Shown: positions 49,310 through 62,107 of the stretch, piece by piece
How positions within the stretch are numbered: position 1 is the first letter of the stretch
Layout: the number at the start of each line of letters is the position of its first letter
Assembly: GCF_037042905.1 (NCBI RefSeq)
Contig: NC_087245.1
Span: 17,486,001 to 17,550,000, forward strand
Length of the DNA stretch: 64,000 nt
From: Lytechinus pictus
Lineage: Eukaryota
Reading direction: 5' to 3'
The notes under the pieces: model-generated
What the model was told of the DNA's origin: nothing
The model's database searches: none
What the model saw: only the letters and a program-made list of their open reading frames with translations
Translations under genes and position numbers: made by a program

Positions 49310-50881
49310 GTATAGCACAGTATAGCACTGTATAGCACTGTATAGCACAACATCCTATCCGATACTCAATTTGGTTTCCGGGAAAAGAGTAGCACTTCCC
49401 ACGCAATACTTTCTTTGGTTCAAACAGTTGCCAAAGCTTATGACAAGTCTTCGAATACGATTGGTTTGTTTTTAGATTTTTCAAAAGCATTCGATACAGT
49501 TGATCATAACATTCTCCTTTATAAACTTTCTCATTATGGAATAAGAGGGGAACCACTAAAGTGGTTCAAGAATTATCTAACCGGGCGTTCACAGTTCGTT
49601 TCACTTGATTGTAATATTTCTGAACGTAAACCTGTCCTTTGTGGAGTTCCACAGGGCAGCATTCTTGGCCCACTTTTGTTCATTACTTATATAAATGATA
49701 TTGATATGTCATCTAGATTGCTCCAATTTATACTTTTCGCTGATGACTCTAATATATTTCTGTCGCACCCCGACCCAGAGCAATTGACGCAAATATTCAA
49801 TGACGAACTAAAAAATGTGTCTAATTGGATAACAGCTAACAAACTCTCTCTTAACCTAGAAAAAACTAGCTACATGCTATTTAGCAACAAGATTACGAGT
49901 GTACCAAAAGATGTAATTTTAAATGATATTGTCATTCAAAGAGTGCGATCTACTAAATTTTTGGGACTGATCATTGACGACAAACTTTCTTGGAAAGCAC
50001 ATATTGATAATATTTGTAAAATCATTGCTCGCAACATCGGTGTCATTAGAAAATTAAGTTACTTCTTACCCCATTATATTTTGTTATCATTGTATTCAAC
50101 GTTAATTTTACCTTACTTGAATTACGGAGTTGTTGCGTGGGGTAATGCAGCGAATTATCAAATTAATAGACTTTTTATTTTACAAAAAAGAGTGATTCGT
50201 ATTATTAGTCATGCAGAATTCAGGGCACATACAAATATTCTGTTTTTGAGAAATAAAGTCTTGAAGATTAAAGATTTATATTCTTTTCAACTCGGACAGT
50301 TAATGTTCAAGTTTATCAATAAACAATAACCGTTACCTTTTAATAATATGTTTATAAAAAATGATACAATTCATAAACACTTCACTCGCCAGGCGAGTTC
50401 CTTTCATTTACCTCTGAATAGAACATCGTTTGCACAGAAGACATTTGTTTTTACTGGTCCAAAATTATGGAATTCTTTTTCAAAGGATATTATACAATGT
50501 AATTCAATACACAATTTCAAAGGAAAACTTAAAAAATATCTTCTGAATTCATATTAGATTATCGTTTTTTCCCAAAGTAATGTAATTCAGAACTTAATAT
50601 GTAAATGTGTTTATTAATTTCTCTTTGTATATATATATATTGTTTATTTCTTTATTTTATCTTATTTTTAATTCATAAAATTTACTTATAAAAGGGGGCC
50701 TTCACCCTACAAGCTCTGCTTTTTAGTTGGTCTCCTTCCCTTTCGATTTCATGGTATTATTGTATTATAAAAAAATAATTTAAATGTTATATTTTGTAAA
50801 TATGTATATTGAACTATCATTGTAAATGTAAAAAGATTGAAAGAGAAAATAAATGAATTGAATTGAATTGAATTGAATTGA
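49310..50881 (+). mobile_element. 5'-truncated young CR1/L2-group LINE (RT region 49415-50557 with one in-frame stop)
   Basis: FLDFSKAFDTVDH, GVPQGSILGPLLF, FADD, KFLGLIID. A single TAA at 50327-50329 separates two in-frame ORFs. aataaa plus (gaatt)n tail; TSD aagact (49304-49309 and 50882-50887); empty site at about 33100. Confidence 0.93.
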
Positions 50882-52215
50882 AAGACTCGTAAAATTTACA
50901 ACATTTTTAGGCGTAATTCATATATTCCCATGTCCCACTTTTTAAATACATTTTTTAGTTATTTATCTGCATCTTCACTTCGTTGTTGCGTTGTATTAAG
51001 TTATACTAATTGTCTTGTTATTGTATTTCTATATCATAAAAGCCAAGTCCACCCCAACAATCAAGAAGTGGATTTGGAGAAAGTGGAGAAAAATCTCGGA
51101 GAAAAATCAAACTACTATAATTATAACGCTGCATCATGAGACGGCTAGTCTGATTGGAGGTTTACTAGGCATTTAATTAATTAAAGTTCTCATCGAGGAA
51201 AAGTTCTTCATCACGGTCAAGTGTTAAATAATACTTGATCGAGAGCTCAATATCTCTCTAAACTATTGTGGCGGCAGCATACTATTTTTAAAAGGTTATT
51301 TTGATAGAGTCTCGCGTTACAATAGAGACGGACACATTACCTCAAAAGGCAAATCCTTGATGGGCCTATTTAAAGTGACCCATTTTGCAAATTGCATGTC
51401 TTTTCTCTAAACACTCTGTTGGGACGGATCTGAGTATTTATGAATTTGGTGGAGAAAATGTTATGTTTCTCTTTAAAAAAAATTTTTTTTAATCTTTTAA
51501 AATTTGACCTCAGGAATAACATACTAAAAATCTACCAAAATCGGGGCATCCGGGGCTAAGTGGTTATTTTCAACATGGCGTCCAAGATGGCCGCAATTCA
51601 CTGAAAATGGATACAACTGACTTATTATCCACCCTAGAATCCTATTTCGGTTAATAATCCATGGTCTAGGGGTAAAAAATGTTGATACAGGCTAAAGTGA
51701 ATTATAGCACCTCCAGTGTACCTGGCAAATCCAAGATGGCGCCCAAAATAGCTGCCGTAGACTGAAAATCCACAATTCATCTAAGTGGCTTTAATTTTGT
51801 TTTTATTCAATGGTTTTTAGGGTGAAGTAGTACATTTGAACAAGTTACAAGGACAGCCAGTGGTCTAGTGTGTCCAAATATCCAAGATGGCTTAAAAAAA
51901 TGTTTAAAATGGCTGTTGATCATTAAAATGGACATAGTTCATTTCATATCCACCTGGGACATAATCAGGGGCGTAGACAACGGGGGGGGGGGGGATGAGG
52001 GGGATGCATCCCCCCACCTCACAAGGTGGGGGGGATGGCATGTACAATCATCCCCCCAGGTTTTGGGGAATGATATTTGGTTACTTAATAAGTCATAATG
52101 ATGATAATAATAGTAATAATAATAATGATAACAACTATAATATTAATAATAATAATAATTATGATGATGATAATAATAATCCTCATCATTATTGTAATTG
52201 TGTTTATTGTTATTA

Positions 52216-52500
52216 GCCGCATTCACACGGTGAAAGCCAATTCAGACGGTAAAAAAAAGAAAATCTTACAAGTATTTTGTGGTTATCTTGTGGTTTGGAA
52301 ACCACAAGATAACCACAAGATTAATCGCGCATATTTTGCAGTGCGCGCAATCTCGTGGTGTGGAAACCAAAAGATAACCACGAGTTTTGCGTGTTCAAAT
52401 GGGGCAAACCACAAGATAACCACAAGATACCTCTAAGATTGTAAACCACAAGATAACCACAAGATAACCACAAGACTGGCTTTTAACGTGTGAAAGAAGC
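52216..52500. mobile_element. MITE with ACCACAAGATA repeats, nested in the hAT element
   Basis: Imperfect TIR gccgcattcacacggtgaaagcca / tggcttttaacgtgtgaaagaagc. Confidence 0.55.
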
Positions 52501-52720
52501 TATTGAAAATCAGGGATGCGGATTACGAGCGTACGCCGTGTTATGTGCGCATTACGTGCGGGGAGAGAAGGGACGCGCTAAGGCAGTTAGCTAGAAAACA
52601 AAAACACGTGGTGAGTCCGCTCAGCAGGAGGCCTTGTCTTCCTTAACTTTTTAAGGGGGAAATATATGTGAGTGTGTCACTTACATAATTCACAGCGTGA
52701 ATTGATTTTAGGATTCTAGG

Positions 52721-53372
52721 ATGGCTCATAATAAGAAGTTGAAAACATCAAAGATCACTTCTTTTTTCAAGCACAATGAGAAAGAAGAACATGATGACGA
52801 ACAACCGTCTACATCAAAATCGGATGATGTCGGAGATAGGCCTGTTCTTCCTGAAGTTCAACCAGAAGAAAGTGCCGTTGAGGGTGATGGAGCATCTGAG
52901 GCGAAAGATGATGATGAAGCTGATGCCGGTTTTGACGACTGGGTTAGCCCCAATCACCCCCCTACTTCTTCCATTCCCGTAGTAGAAACTAAAACAGAAA
53001 ATTCTGTTTCAAGCCAAATGGTACCAAAGCTACCCCTGGATCCATTACGAACCCTCCCTGAAACGGGTACTGTGTTTCTACTGTGCACAGGCAGAAAAAC
53101 GCGGACTCTTGAAATTGGCCAAGAACAAAGAACCAGCATTTGTTTCAGTCGGCTTTTGTAATTGGAAAAAGGCATCACCCAGATTTGAGAGCCACAAGGC
53201 TTCAAATTGTCACAGAGTCGCAAAGGCAGCGATTTCCTTGAAACCTGAGGCTAAAATCGATGTCAAAATGGACGCCAACCGCCGTCAACAGCAGGAAACA
53301 GCCCAACGAGCACTGATGAAGGTCTTCAAGAGATTGCGATTCCTTCTGCGACAGGGTCTGTCATCAAGGCGT
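52721..53372 (+). pseudogene. hAT transposase N-terminal fragment with TTF-type zinc finger (ZMYM1-like/Tip100-type), frameshifted and truncated
   Basis: MAHNKKLKTSKITSFF... then a frameshift near 52995 to FQAKWYQSYPWIHYEPSLKRVLCFYC...FVSVGFCNWKK...FESHKASNCH...LRFLLRQGL; ends just before a (GT)n tract. Confidence 0.8.
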
Positions 53373-56300
53373 AGTATGTGTGTGGTGCGCGCACCCGTGT
53401 GTGTGTGTGTGTGTGAGTATGTGTGTGTGTGCGTGCGCGCGCGCTTGTGTGTGTTATTTTACCTCATTAAGTATGCATCAGATTGCACGATTTCAAGTTC
53501 AAAATTGCAAAAGCTCCCTACCGTCGGAGGGGGGCCACCCCCCTCCCACACCCTCCCCCCGCTCGGTCGCTTCGCTCCCTCGCTCGGGCGCTTCGCGCCC
53601 TCACTAGCGTTGGCAGCCCAGTCATCCCCCCCAGGTGTACGAACCTGTCTACGCCACTGGACATAATGATTTGTGTGTCTATGCCATAGTTAAATGGGTC
53701 AAATAATACATTGGGACAAGTTACAAGGAAAGTCAGTGGTCTAGTATGTGCAAAAATCCGCGATGGGTTCCAAATATTGAGTCTTAAATGGCTGCTAATA
53801 CTTAAAGCGGACATAACTCATTTCATTTTGGCATGGGAGATGTGACTTCAATGTCTAAACCACTGGTTTCAAGGGTCAAATAATACATTAGGATAAGTTA
53901 CAAGGAGTGTCAGTGATCTGATATGTCCAAACATCGAAGATGGCTTCCAAAAATTGATCTTAAAAATAGGCTGCTTATTCTTAAAGCGGACAAAGCTCAT
54001 TTCATATTGGCCCGAGAGATGTGATTTTGGTATCTAAACCACAGTGGTTTCAAGGGTCAATTAATACATTAGGATAAGTTACAAGGACTGTCAGTGATCT
54101 GATATGTCCAAAAATCGAAGATGGCTTCCAAAAATTGATCTTAAAAATAGGCTGCTTATTCTTAAAGCGGACAAAGCTCATTTCATATCGGCCTGAGAGA
54201 TGTGATTTTGGTGTCTAAACCACTGGTTTCAAGGGTCAAAATATTCATTAGGACAAGTTTTAAGGACAGTCAGTGGTCTGGTATGACCAAAAATCCAATA
54301 TGGCTTCCAAAAATTGATTCTAAAATGGCTGCTAATACTTATTTTATATCCGCCTGTGATTTGATTTCGGTGTCTAAACTATGGTTTTAAGGGTCAAATC
54401 ATATATTAGGACAAGTTACAATGACAGTCAGTGATCTAGTATGTCCGAAATTCCAAGATGGCTTCCAAAAATGGAGTTAAAATATGTCTGATGTTACTAA
54501 TAAAATGAGATAGTTTGTTCAATATGTGTCTGGGGAATATGAGTTCGGTGTCTAAACCATGGTTTAAAGGGCCTAGTAATACACTAGGGTAAGTTACAAG
54601 ATGACTTGAAAAATGGGGTGAAACTTGACTGTTGTTACTTAATTACAAATACACCTCGGAGGTATGATTTTACTGTCTACACTATAGAGTTTAAAGGGTC
54701 AAGTAATACATTGGGTTAAATTGAAAGGACAGTCAGATGTCAGGTATGTCCGAAAATTGAAGATGGCTTTAAAATTGGGGGTCTTAAATGACTGTTGTTA
54801 CTTAAAATTAGATAGAGAACATTACAAATACACATTGGGGATATTATTTTGGTATCTACACTATAGGGTTTCAAGGGTAAAAAAATACTTTGTGACTGGT
54901 TACCATGATATGCAGTTATCCATTTTGCCTTAAAATCCAAGTTGGCTGTAAAAATGGGTTGTAAAGTGACTGCTGTTAATTAAAAATTGACATAGTTCAT
55001 ACAGTATCCACCTGTGAAAAATAATCTTGGTGCCTACACTTAAATGCATGGGGATAAATTATCATATTGTTTCATGAGTTGGTAACAGCACCCATTTTGA
55101 TGAAATTTTAGAATCCGCCATGGATTTTTTTGACAAAATGGAATACTAACCATCCTTATTACTTGTCCGAATGTATCATTTGACCCTTCATACCAAAATT
55201 TAAACACCAACATTATTTCTTACAGATAGATATTGCAGAACTCTGACCATTATTATACAAATAATGCATGCAGCCGAGTGCGTTAGTGGAAATGCAGAGC
55301 ACGCGAGGTTTCTTTAGATAGGATCGTCGCACTGTGCACGAGCCGCTTGCGGCGAGTGCCCAGTGTGCTCCATCTGAAGAAACCGAGCTTTCTCTGCATT
55401 TACTTTTACGCACGACAGAGCAAGTGCATTATTTGTTTTATAAAATAGCAACACAGAAACAATTTTTTTAAAAGTTACAGTACAGTTTTGTTGGATTTTA
55501 CCGCACTGGTTTGCTCGAGCGTGCAATGTCAATTTTCGTTGCACACCTTTTGCACTACCGTGCAGTGCACAAAAAAAGTTGGATGTCATGTGACGCGTAT
55601 TGACCAATCGCGATGCTTGAAATAATACAGCTATTTTATAATGAGTGATATGAATCGTTTTAGATGTCTTTTTTGAAAACCCTCTTGGACAACTGCATAT
55701 CCATGTAACCAGTCCAAACGTATTATTTCAACCATGAAACCAAAGTGTGTACACCGAAATCATATCTTCTTGGTGGATTTTAAATGAACTATGTCAATTT
55801 TAAAAGTAACAGCAGTCACTTTAGACTCCGATTTTTTGGAAGCCATCTTGGAATGACGACATACTGGACCACTGACTGTCCTTGTAACTAATTTTCTGAC
55901 TTTTAAAACCATGGTAAAGACATCGAAATCATATACCCTTGATGGATATTACATGAGCTATATCCATTTGTAAATACCAGCGGCTAATTTATACTATTTT
56001 TTAAGCCACTGTGGACTTTTGGGCAAACTTTGACCACCCTTCGTCCTTTTAACTTATCCCAATGTATTATTTGACAATTGAAAGCATGGTCTAGACACCG
56101 AAATCATATCTCCCAGGTGGATATTATATGAGCTATGTCAATTTTAAGTATCAACAGCCATTTTAAACTCAATTTTTGGAAGCCATCGTGGATTTTTGGA
56201 CACACCAGACCACTGGCTGTCCTTGTAACTTGTACCGATGTACTACTTCACCATCAAAACCATTGAATGAAAACAAAATTAAAGCCACTTAAGTAAGTAA

Positions 56301-57484
56301 TAAATGAATTTTTTGTTTTTTAGCCTCCGGAAGCCATTTTGGGCGCCATCTTGGAATTTCCTGGTACCCAAGAACACTAATATTCACTCTAACTTGTATC
56401 AATAAATTATTTTACCCACTGGAACATGGAATATGTACCTAAATAGGATTCTAGGGTGGATAATGAGTGAGTTATATCCATTTTCAGTGAATGGCGGCCA
56501 TCTTGGACGCCATCTTGAAAATAACTACTTTCCCACATGCGGATTTTGGTAGATTTTTAGTATGTTATTCCTGAGGTCAAATAGTACAAAAAACAGTTGA
56601 AAAATCATTTGTTGCAATTTGTTCCGGGTCAAACCATATAATGAAATGATAGAAAAAGATGCAACCAAAATTAAACACAGACAACTCTGCTGAAGTATCA
56701 GCAACCGGTTTTTTTTTAAGAGTCGAGTATCGTTAATTAAGAATGCACGAAACCGCCCTTACAGGGCGAGATCTAATTGGTCATTTTGCGTAACCAAGAA
56801 AAACATTATTTACATAATATTACTCAGTCCGTGTCTCTTAGGGTTCAACACGTATCGGAAATGCTTTCTTTTGAAATTCATCTGCTGTTCGTATTTCAGG
56901 CTTCTTTGATATCATAAAATAAACTCAGAAATTGTCACAACAACTCTCTAAATGTAAACTGAAACTAATCAAACTAATTACTATGTCAGAGTTGTGTAAA
57001 GGGCCTATCCCATTCAACAAAATCTAAGGCAATATTTTTTTATTTTGCTTAAATCTGTTTGCCAGAGTGCACATATTGACTCTTATCCTCGGTAAACTTC
57101 AGCAAAAGTTGCCATAATTAAGCGAACCTTTAAATAAAATTCACAATTATCGTTTATACCATCACGACAACTTGATACTTTATATATAGTGTATACCAAT
57201 TTGATGAGCATCAATATCAAAGGCCAGAAATTGCAGAATAAATATAATATTCATGAACGTCTTTGTGATAGCTAATTATGTCCTTCATACAAACGTCCTT
57301 GGCTCGATGGCGTTATTCTCCCATGCAGCGGATGGGAGGCCTCGATATAAAATGTTGATATCATTACTGTAACAACGGCACATTCAGATGAACACATTCT
57401 TCATTCCGAGAGAGGAACTATACCTCTTTCACACTTTACGAAACTATTTGAAGATTTCCTTCTGCTGCTCTCAGGACTCGGTGC

Positions 57485-59694
57485 ATGAAAAAAACATCAG
57501 TAATCATGGTAAGCTCATACTTTCTATTATTATTATTATTACTATTATCTTTATTATTATTATCATTATCGCAGATTTCATATCCGTCATGAATTATCAT
57601 GGACATAATTACGGTTTCATGATGTTTACTTTTACTTCTTAGGCCAATTTTCCATTTCCTTTCTTGGTCAATAAAAAAAAATGAACTAAAATAGTTGCCA
57701 GTTATGTACACGTTGCACTCCTGTATTTGTCCCCCCCCCCCTCATCTCTCCATATATATATCTCTCTCTCCCTCCTTGAACAGTCTTGAAAACAAGTCCT
57801 TATTCTTTTTTAATGTTCGATTTATTTAGGGAAAATTTATTTTGTATTCAGTTACGTCCATCACAATCGTCATGGAATTCTTAATTGATATATCTTTCTG
57901 CTTCTTTCAGTCTGTTGTATGCTCATCACAGAGTTTCCCTCCCTTCCTGTTCCTCATTCCAGTGAGTTTCGTTCATGGTGGTAAGTTTGAATTTGATATT
58001 TTGACCCTTTTTTATTTGTATTGATTATCATGATTACAAACAGAACATCTCATAATTACTGTAGACAAAAAGAAAAACAACATAGAAAAAATAACTAAAA
58101 TAATAATCAGAATAACAATATCAATAAGAATATAAAGTGACCCTGTTTTTAATCATACACTTTCTTCTTATAATATTTTTGCGATTTATAAATCGCGGTA
58201 TAATCTGTGAAGAGAATGTAATGTTGGATTATAACATAGCCAATCCTTACTATCTTTTCAACAGTAAAGTAAATTGTGGAGAAAACACTCGGAATGATCA
58301 CGAATGTATCACAGATCCCGTGATCCCACTTTTATTTGTTGTAACTTCCAGTTTAGTTCATACTTCAGTACTTTACATATTTAAAAGAAATATTCGGGGA
58401 AACGCATAAACGATCAAAATTACCGTCTTGTCGATTTTTTTTAACAATACAGTTGCTGAATATCAAAAGAGCTTTGCGACCCAGACCCCTTATCATGTAA
58501 GAACATCACTCTATCTGGAGGGAGATCGATTCAATTCATTCGAAGATTAGCATCAACATCAAACGATCCTGAACCAGTTCTGGTAAAACTCCCATCTTGG
58601 CGCCATTTTGTCTGTGTTTTACCGAAAAGAAATGGTGAGTGCATAAAAACGATCTTCTACATATATTTTGGACATGATAGGCCTATGTCCCCTTACATCA
58701 TAAGATTTCGCAAAAATATTTTCTAGGCTATTTGGATTACAGTTGCTTATTTCACCTTTCTTTAGATGGGTATTATGACCGGTTCCCTCGAGCCATTTGG
58801 CGCATCTTCCTCCCGGATCTTCCTGTTCCTATAATATGCTAAAGAGATACTGTAACCGGCGTGTGGTTTATCGTGTTTAAGTATTTCTGGAGGAGCCGCA
58901 TCTGTTACAGGTGCTCTTCGAATTGTTATTTTTGTGTGACATTGTAGAGTTTTGCTTCTGACCAAATTGCTTTGTTGCACCAGATATGCAAAAGTCTATA
59001 CATGTTATTCATTGGCAGCGGAACGATTTTGAAAGGGGGAGGGGCTGAACATACACAAAATCGCAATCATGGTCATTTTTGCGTTTTTGTACAAAGTTTT
59101 GGGAAAAGTGGGGCTGAAGCCATGTTAATCTGTAAATGTGGAAGGGTCTGGTTAATTAAAGACTTCATTATTAACTTTTCCCCTTGTTTGTCTTTTATTT
59201 CGGATCGTGCTTTCCTACTATATATTTTGCAAAGAGCAATTTTGTACGATTCGTATTGACTGCATCCTATGCATTCTGCTTCCTCTTCTTGAACCATGGA
59301 CTGTGTTTTACAGTGTTTCGTAAATATCTTATCGATAATAGTACAATGTGCCTTTACACTATCTTCTATAGGCCGGCCAGTCCGGATTCGTTAACGTTTT
59401 TGCTTTCTTCCATCATCATGATCATGATATGTGTCCATGTTTCTACTACAAGAAGTTTTGTCCCAATACAATCACCATCCGTAAATAGTTTTTTAATTAG
59501 CATTATTATATCGTCTTTGTATTATTATGTCAATATCGTAGAGACTCCTACGGATGCATCACCACCACTAGAAACTCTCGATGGAGGAAGTTCGACAACT
59601 TCGCCAGAAATTTCATCCAGTGGATCAACTGAAGCTTCGTCAGAACAAGCAATGTCAGGCTCTTCGACTACTCCATCAGAACCTACGACCAATG
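57485..59694 (+). pseudogene. FReD gene copy 3, partial and probably pseudogenic; exons 57485..57508, 57911..57980, 58453..58634 (182 nt, +2 frameshift), 59542..59694; FReD exons not in window
   Basis: Exon 3 reads gaatatcaaaagagctt versus gaattcaaagagctt in copy 1, giving a premature TAG at 58548-58550. Homology to intron 4 stops at about 60354 at a TE insertion. Confidence 0.7.
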
Positions 59695-59771
59695 GTAAAA
59701 CAAGCCCCCAGCCCCCCTTCTCGGTTCCGTGGCCCATGTTTATCTGTAATAGCTCCATGGCTAAAGTGATA

Positions 59772-60083
59772 GGCCCGTATTCTGAAGTCAGGTTTAAGCT
59801 AAACTCAGGTTTAAAGTTGTGGTTTAAGTATGGACAGCCAAAAGTATCAATTTTTTTTAATAAGTTGTACGTTTCTTATGTTTACTGTGCTCTTTCTTGA
59901 TTCATCGATGGTGAAGACAATAATCTATATATACTTCCTAGACAATTATGAATGATTTGAGAGCCAAATGAGCTGAAATATGATATCCCTACTGTTAGTG
60001 ATTTATGTAACAATTGGCTTTCCATACTTAAACCACAACTTTAAACCTGAGTTTAAGTTAAACCCGACTTCAGAATACGGGCC
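59772..60083. mobile_element. PIF/Harbinger-like MITE in copy 3 intron 4
   Basis: ~65 bp TIR ggcccgtattctgaagtc... / ...gacttcagaatacgggcc; 3 bp TSD ATA; empty site gtgatagggtctg in copy 2. Confidence 0.85.
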
Positions 60084-60353
60084 ATAGGGTCTGATAACAC
60101 TTCCGTAATGATTTTCCTCGTTTGTCCTTTAAGTCGGATCGTGCATTCCTCCTAACTCTTTTGCAATTTGGTAGCGCGATTTTGCACGATTCTTATTGAC
60201 CCAATCCTGTGCAGTCTTCTTCCTTTTCTTGAACCATGGATCATGTTTTTCATTGTTCCTTTAATGTCTCATCGAGAAAAGTGCTACTATCAATGTTTCT
60301 TCTAGACCAGACCGGTTTTGCTAATGTTTTTGCTCTCTTCCATTCATCTATGA

Positions 60354-60422
60354 TAATAATAATAATAATATAGGGTATTTATATTGCGCACATATCCACC
60401 TTGTTAGGTGCTCAAGGCGCTC
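60354..60422 (-). mobile_element. LINE/SINE 3' tail in reverse orientation
   Basis: (taa)n followed by the reverse complement of gcgccttgagcacctaacaaggtggatatgtgcgcaatataaatacc. Confidence 0.55.
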
Positions 60423-60426
60423 CTAT

Positions 60427-61600
60427 CCCAGGTAACAATACAGCGTTGGACCAACGTTGGATCAACGTTGGGAAATTTTTTCCCAACGTTGCCTCAACGT
60501 TGGCAGGCCAACGTTGCATCATCGATAGAAGTGCACGCGCATACATCGTCAGACCAACAACATTTCCAACGTCAGTTCAACGTTGTCCAGCAACAATGTT
60601 TCAACGTTGTCTGGCAACGTTGATCCAATGTTGGCTAAATAGTCAAATACAACATTGCTACAACGTTGGTAAGCAACGTTGCATCATCGATAGAAGTGCA
60701 CGTCCATACATCGTCAGACCAACAACATTTCCAACGTCAGTTCAACGTTGTCCACCATCAATGCTCCAACGTTGGTATAATGTCGGCTGAGTCATCAATA
60801 ACAGCATTGCTTCAACGTTGATGGGCAACGTTGAAGCAGCGATGGACGTGCACTTGCATACATCGTCAGTCCAACTATGTTTACAACGTTGGTTCAACGC
60901 TGTCCAGCAACAATGCTCCAACGTTGTCTGGCAACATTGCTCCAACATTGTTACAACGTTGTCACAACGTTGCTTCAACATTGCTCCAACGTTATTCCAA
61001 CGTATGGCAGTAATTAACAAAACTTTAATTGGTTTCAAGGTGAAGTCCACCATTACAACTCTTCACTCTAATCTTTATCATCATGTCTTATCCTATCCTA
61101 AAATCCTACATCCTAATCCTATATCCTATTCCTATCATCCTACACCTATCCACTGTATCCTGTCATTGACTCCTATATATAGAGCAACTTTGCTATACTT
61201 GGCAGAATACAGTTAATATCATTTTCCACACTTAACCTTGAATATTTCACTTAGAATAATATGTTTTGATTATAAATGATATGGTAATGGAGCCACATAC
61301 TTTTCTGAAACTTTTCATGGTGGAAATATTGAATAAACATAAATACTCTAATTATTATAGCAATATTACCTAAAATTTTGGTCATTTACTGATGTAATGA
61401 ATATTCATGAGTGCATAATCATTGTCCAGATGAGGCAGGTTTGGCAGCGTTGGTCCAATGTTGGTCCAACGTTGGGTGACGTTGATCCAACGTTCGTATA
61501 ATGTTGGTCCAATGTTGATGGAAAGTTGATTCAACTTTAGTCCAATGTTAGCGTAAACGTTGATTCAATGTTTGTCTAATATCGGTTAAATGTTGTTGTA
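60427..61600. mobile_element. left part of a DNA element with dense CAACGTTG subterminal repeats (CCC start, possibly EnSpm/CMC-like)
   Basis: Starts cccaggtaaca; many aacgtt/aacatt palindromic motifs at 60445-61005 and 61447-61580; matching right end not seen. Confidence 0.5.
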
Positions 61601-61943
61601 CAACGCCTACTTAGCTTGTTGTACGCGAGCAAATGGGAGGCTGAATGTCAAACATTCGTACCGTTGCACAAAAGACGTACCATCCAAAATGTACCGTCCA
61701 AAGTGTACCGTTGCACGACTTTAGGAGGTGACGTCACAATACGATTTAATTCATTGCGCTCGGTAAAAATGAACAATACGCGTATAAGCCAGCTGGCTAA
61801 ATGCGCAAGGCTGCCCAAGGTCATGTGCGCTTGTGGGATTTTGCTTTCTGCTTTCGGTATTTTTGCTCCCTTTTCATAGATTACTATAGGGATAAACTCT
61901 TTGTTTTTTCATATTTTCGCTAAATTTTGAGGCGTTGTACAAC

Positions 61944-62107
61944 ACAAATAGCGAATATTCTTATTCGTGCAATGGTGCGAGATTTCTCATTCGGTGAAAG
62001 AAAGAAACGCTCTATTCAACTCGGCTCACGCCTCGTTGAATAGAGCATCTTTCTTTCACCTCATGCGAAATCTCGCACCATCGCACTCATACCTATTCGC
62101 TATTTGT
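61944..62107. repeat. long hairpin / palindromic MITE
   Basis: acaaatagcgaata...gctctattcaac, loop, gttgaatagagc...tattcgctatttgt; ~75 bp stem. Confidence 0.8.

Larger units (their letters stand above)
51966..53659 (+). mobile_element. internally deleted hAT transposon
   Basis: TIR caggggcgtagaca / tgtctacgccactg; perfect 8 bp TSD GACATAAT; carries a transposase 5' fragment. Confidence 0.9.
51412..56940. mobile_element. 5.5 kb composite foldback element (CAC start, possibly Chapaev/CMC-like) upstream of copy 3
   Basis: Absent from copies 1 and 2 (ttctctaaacaacctctaaatg). Inverted arms about 51500-51960 and 56090-56580; ~180 bp tandem subrepeats; the right terminus is imperfect. Confidence 0.7.
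5677..60354 (+). repeat. tandem segmental duplication: three units starting near 5677, 35510 and 51322
   Basis: The anchor atagagacgg(a/g)cacattacctcaa recurs at the three unit starts. Introns, 3' flanks and intergenic DNA align between units apart from TE insertions. Confidence 0.9.

Noticed and set aside
60401..61216. Cys/Gln/Arg-rich ORFs
   Set aside because: Produced by CAACGTTG repeat arrays of a non-autonomous element
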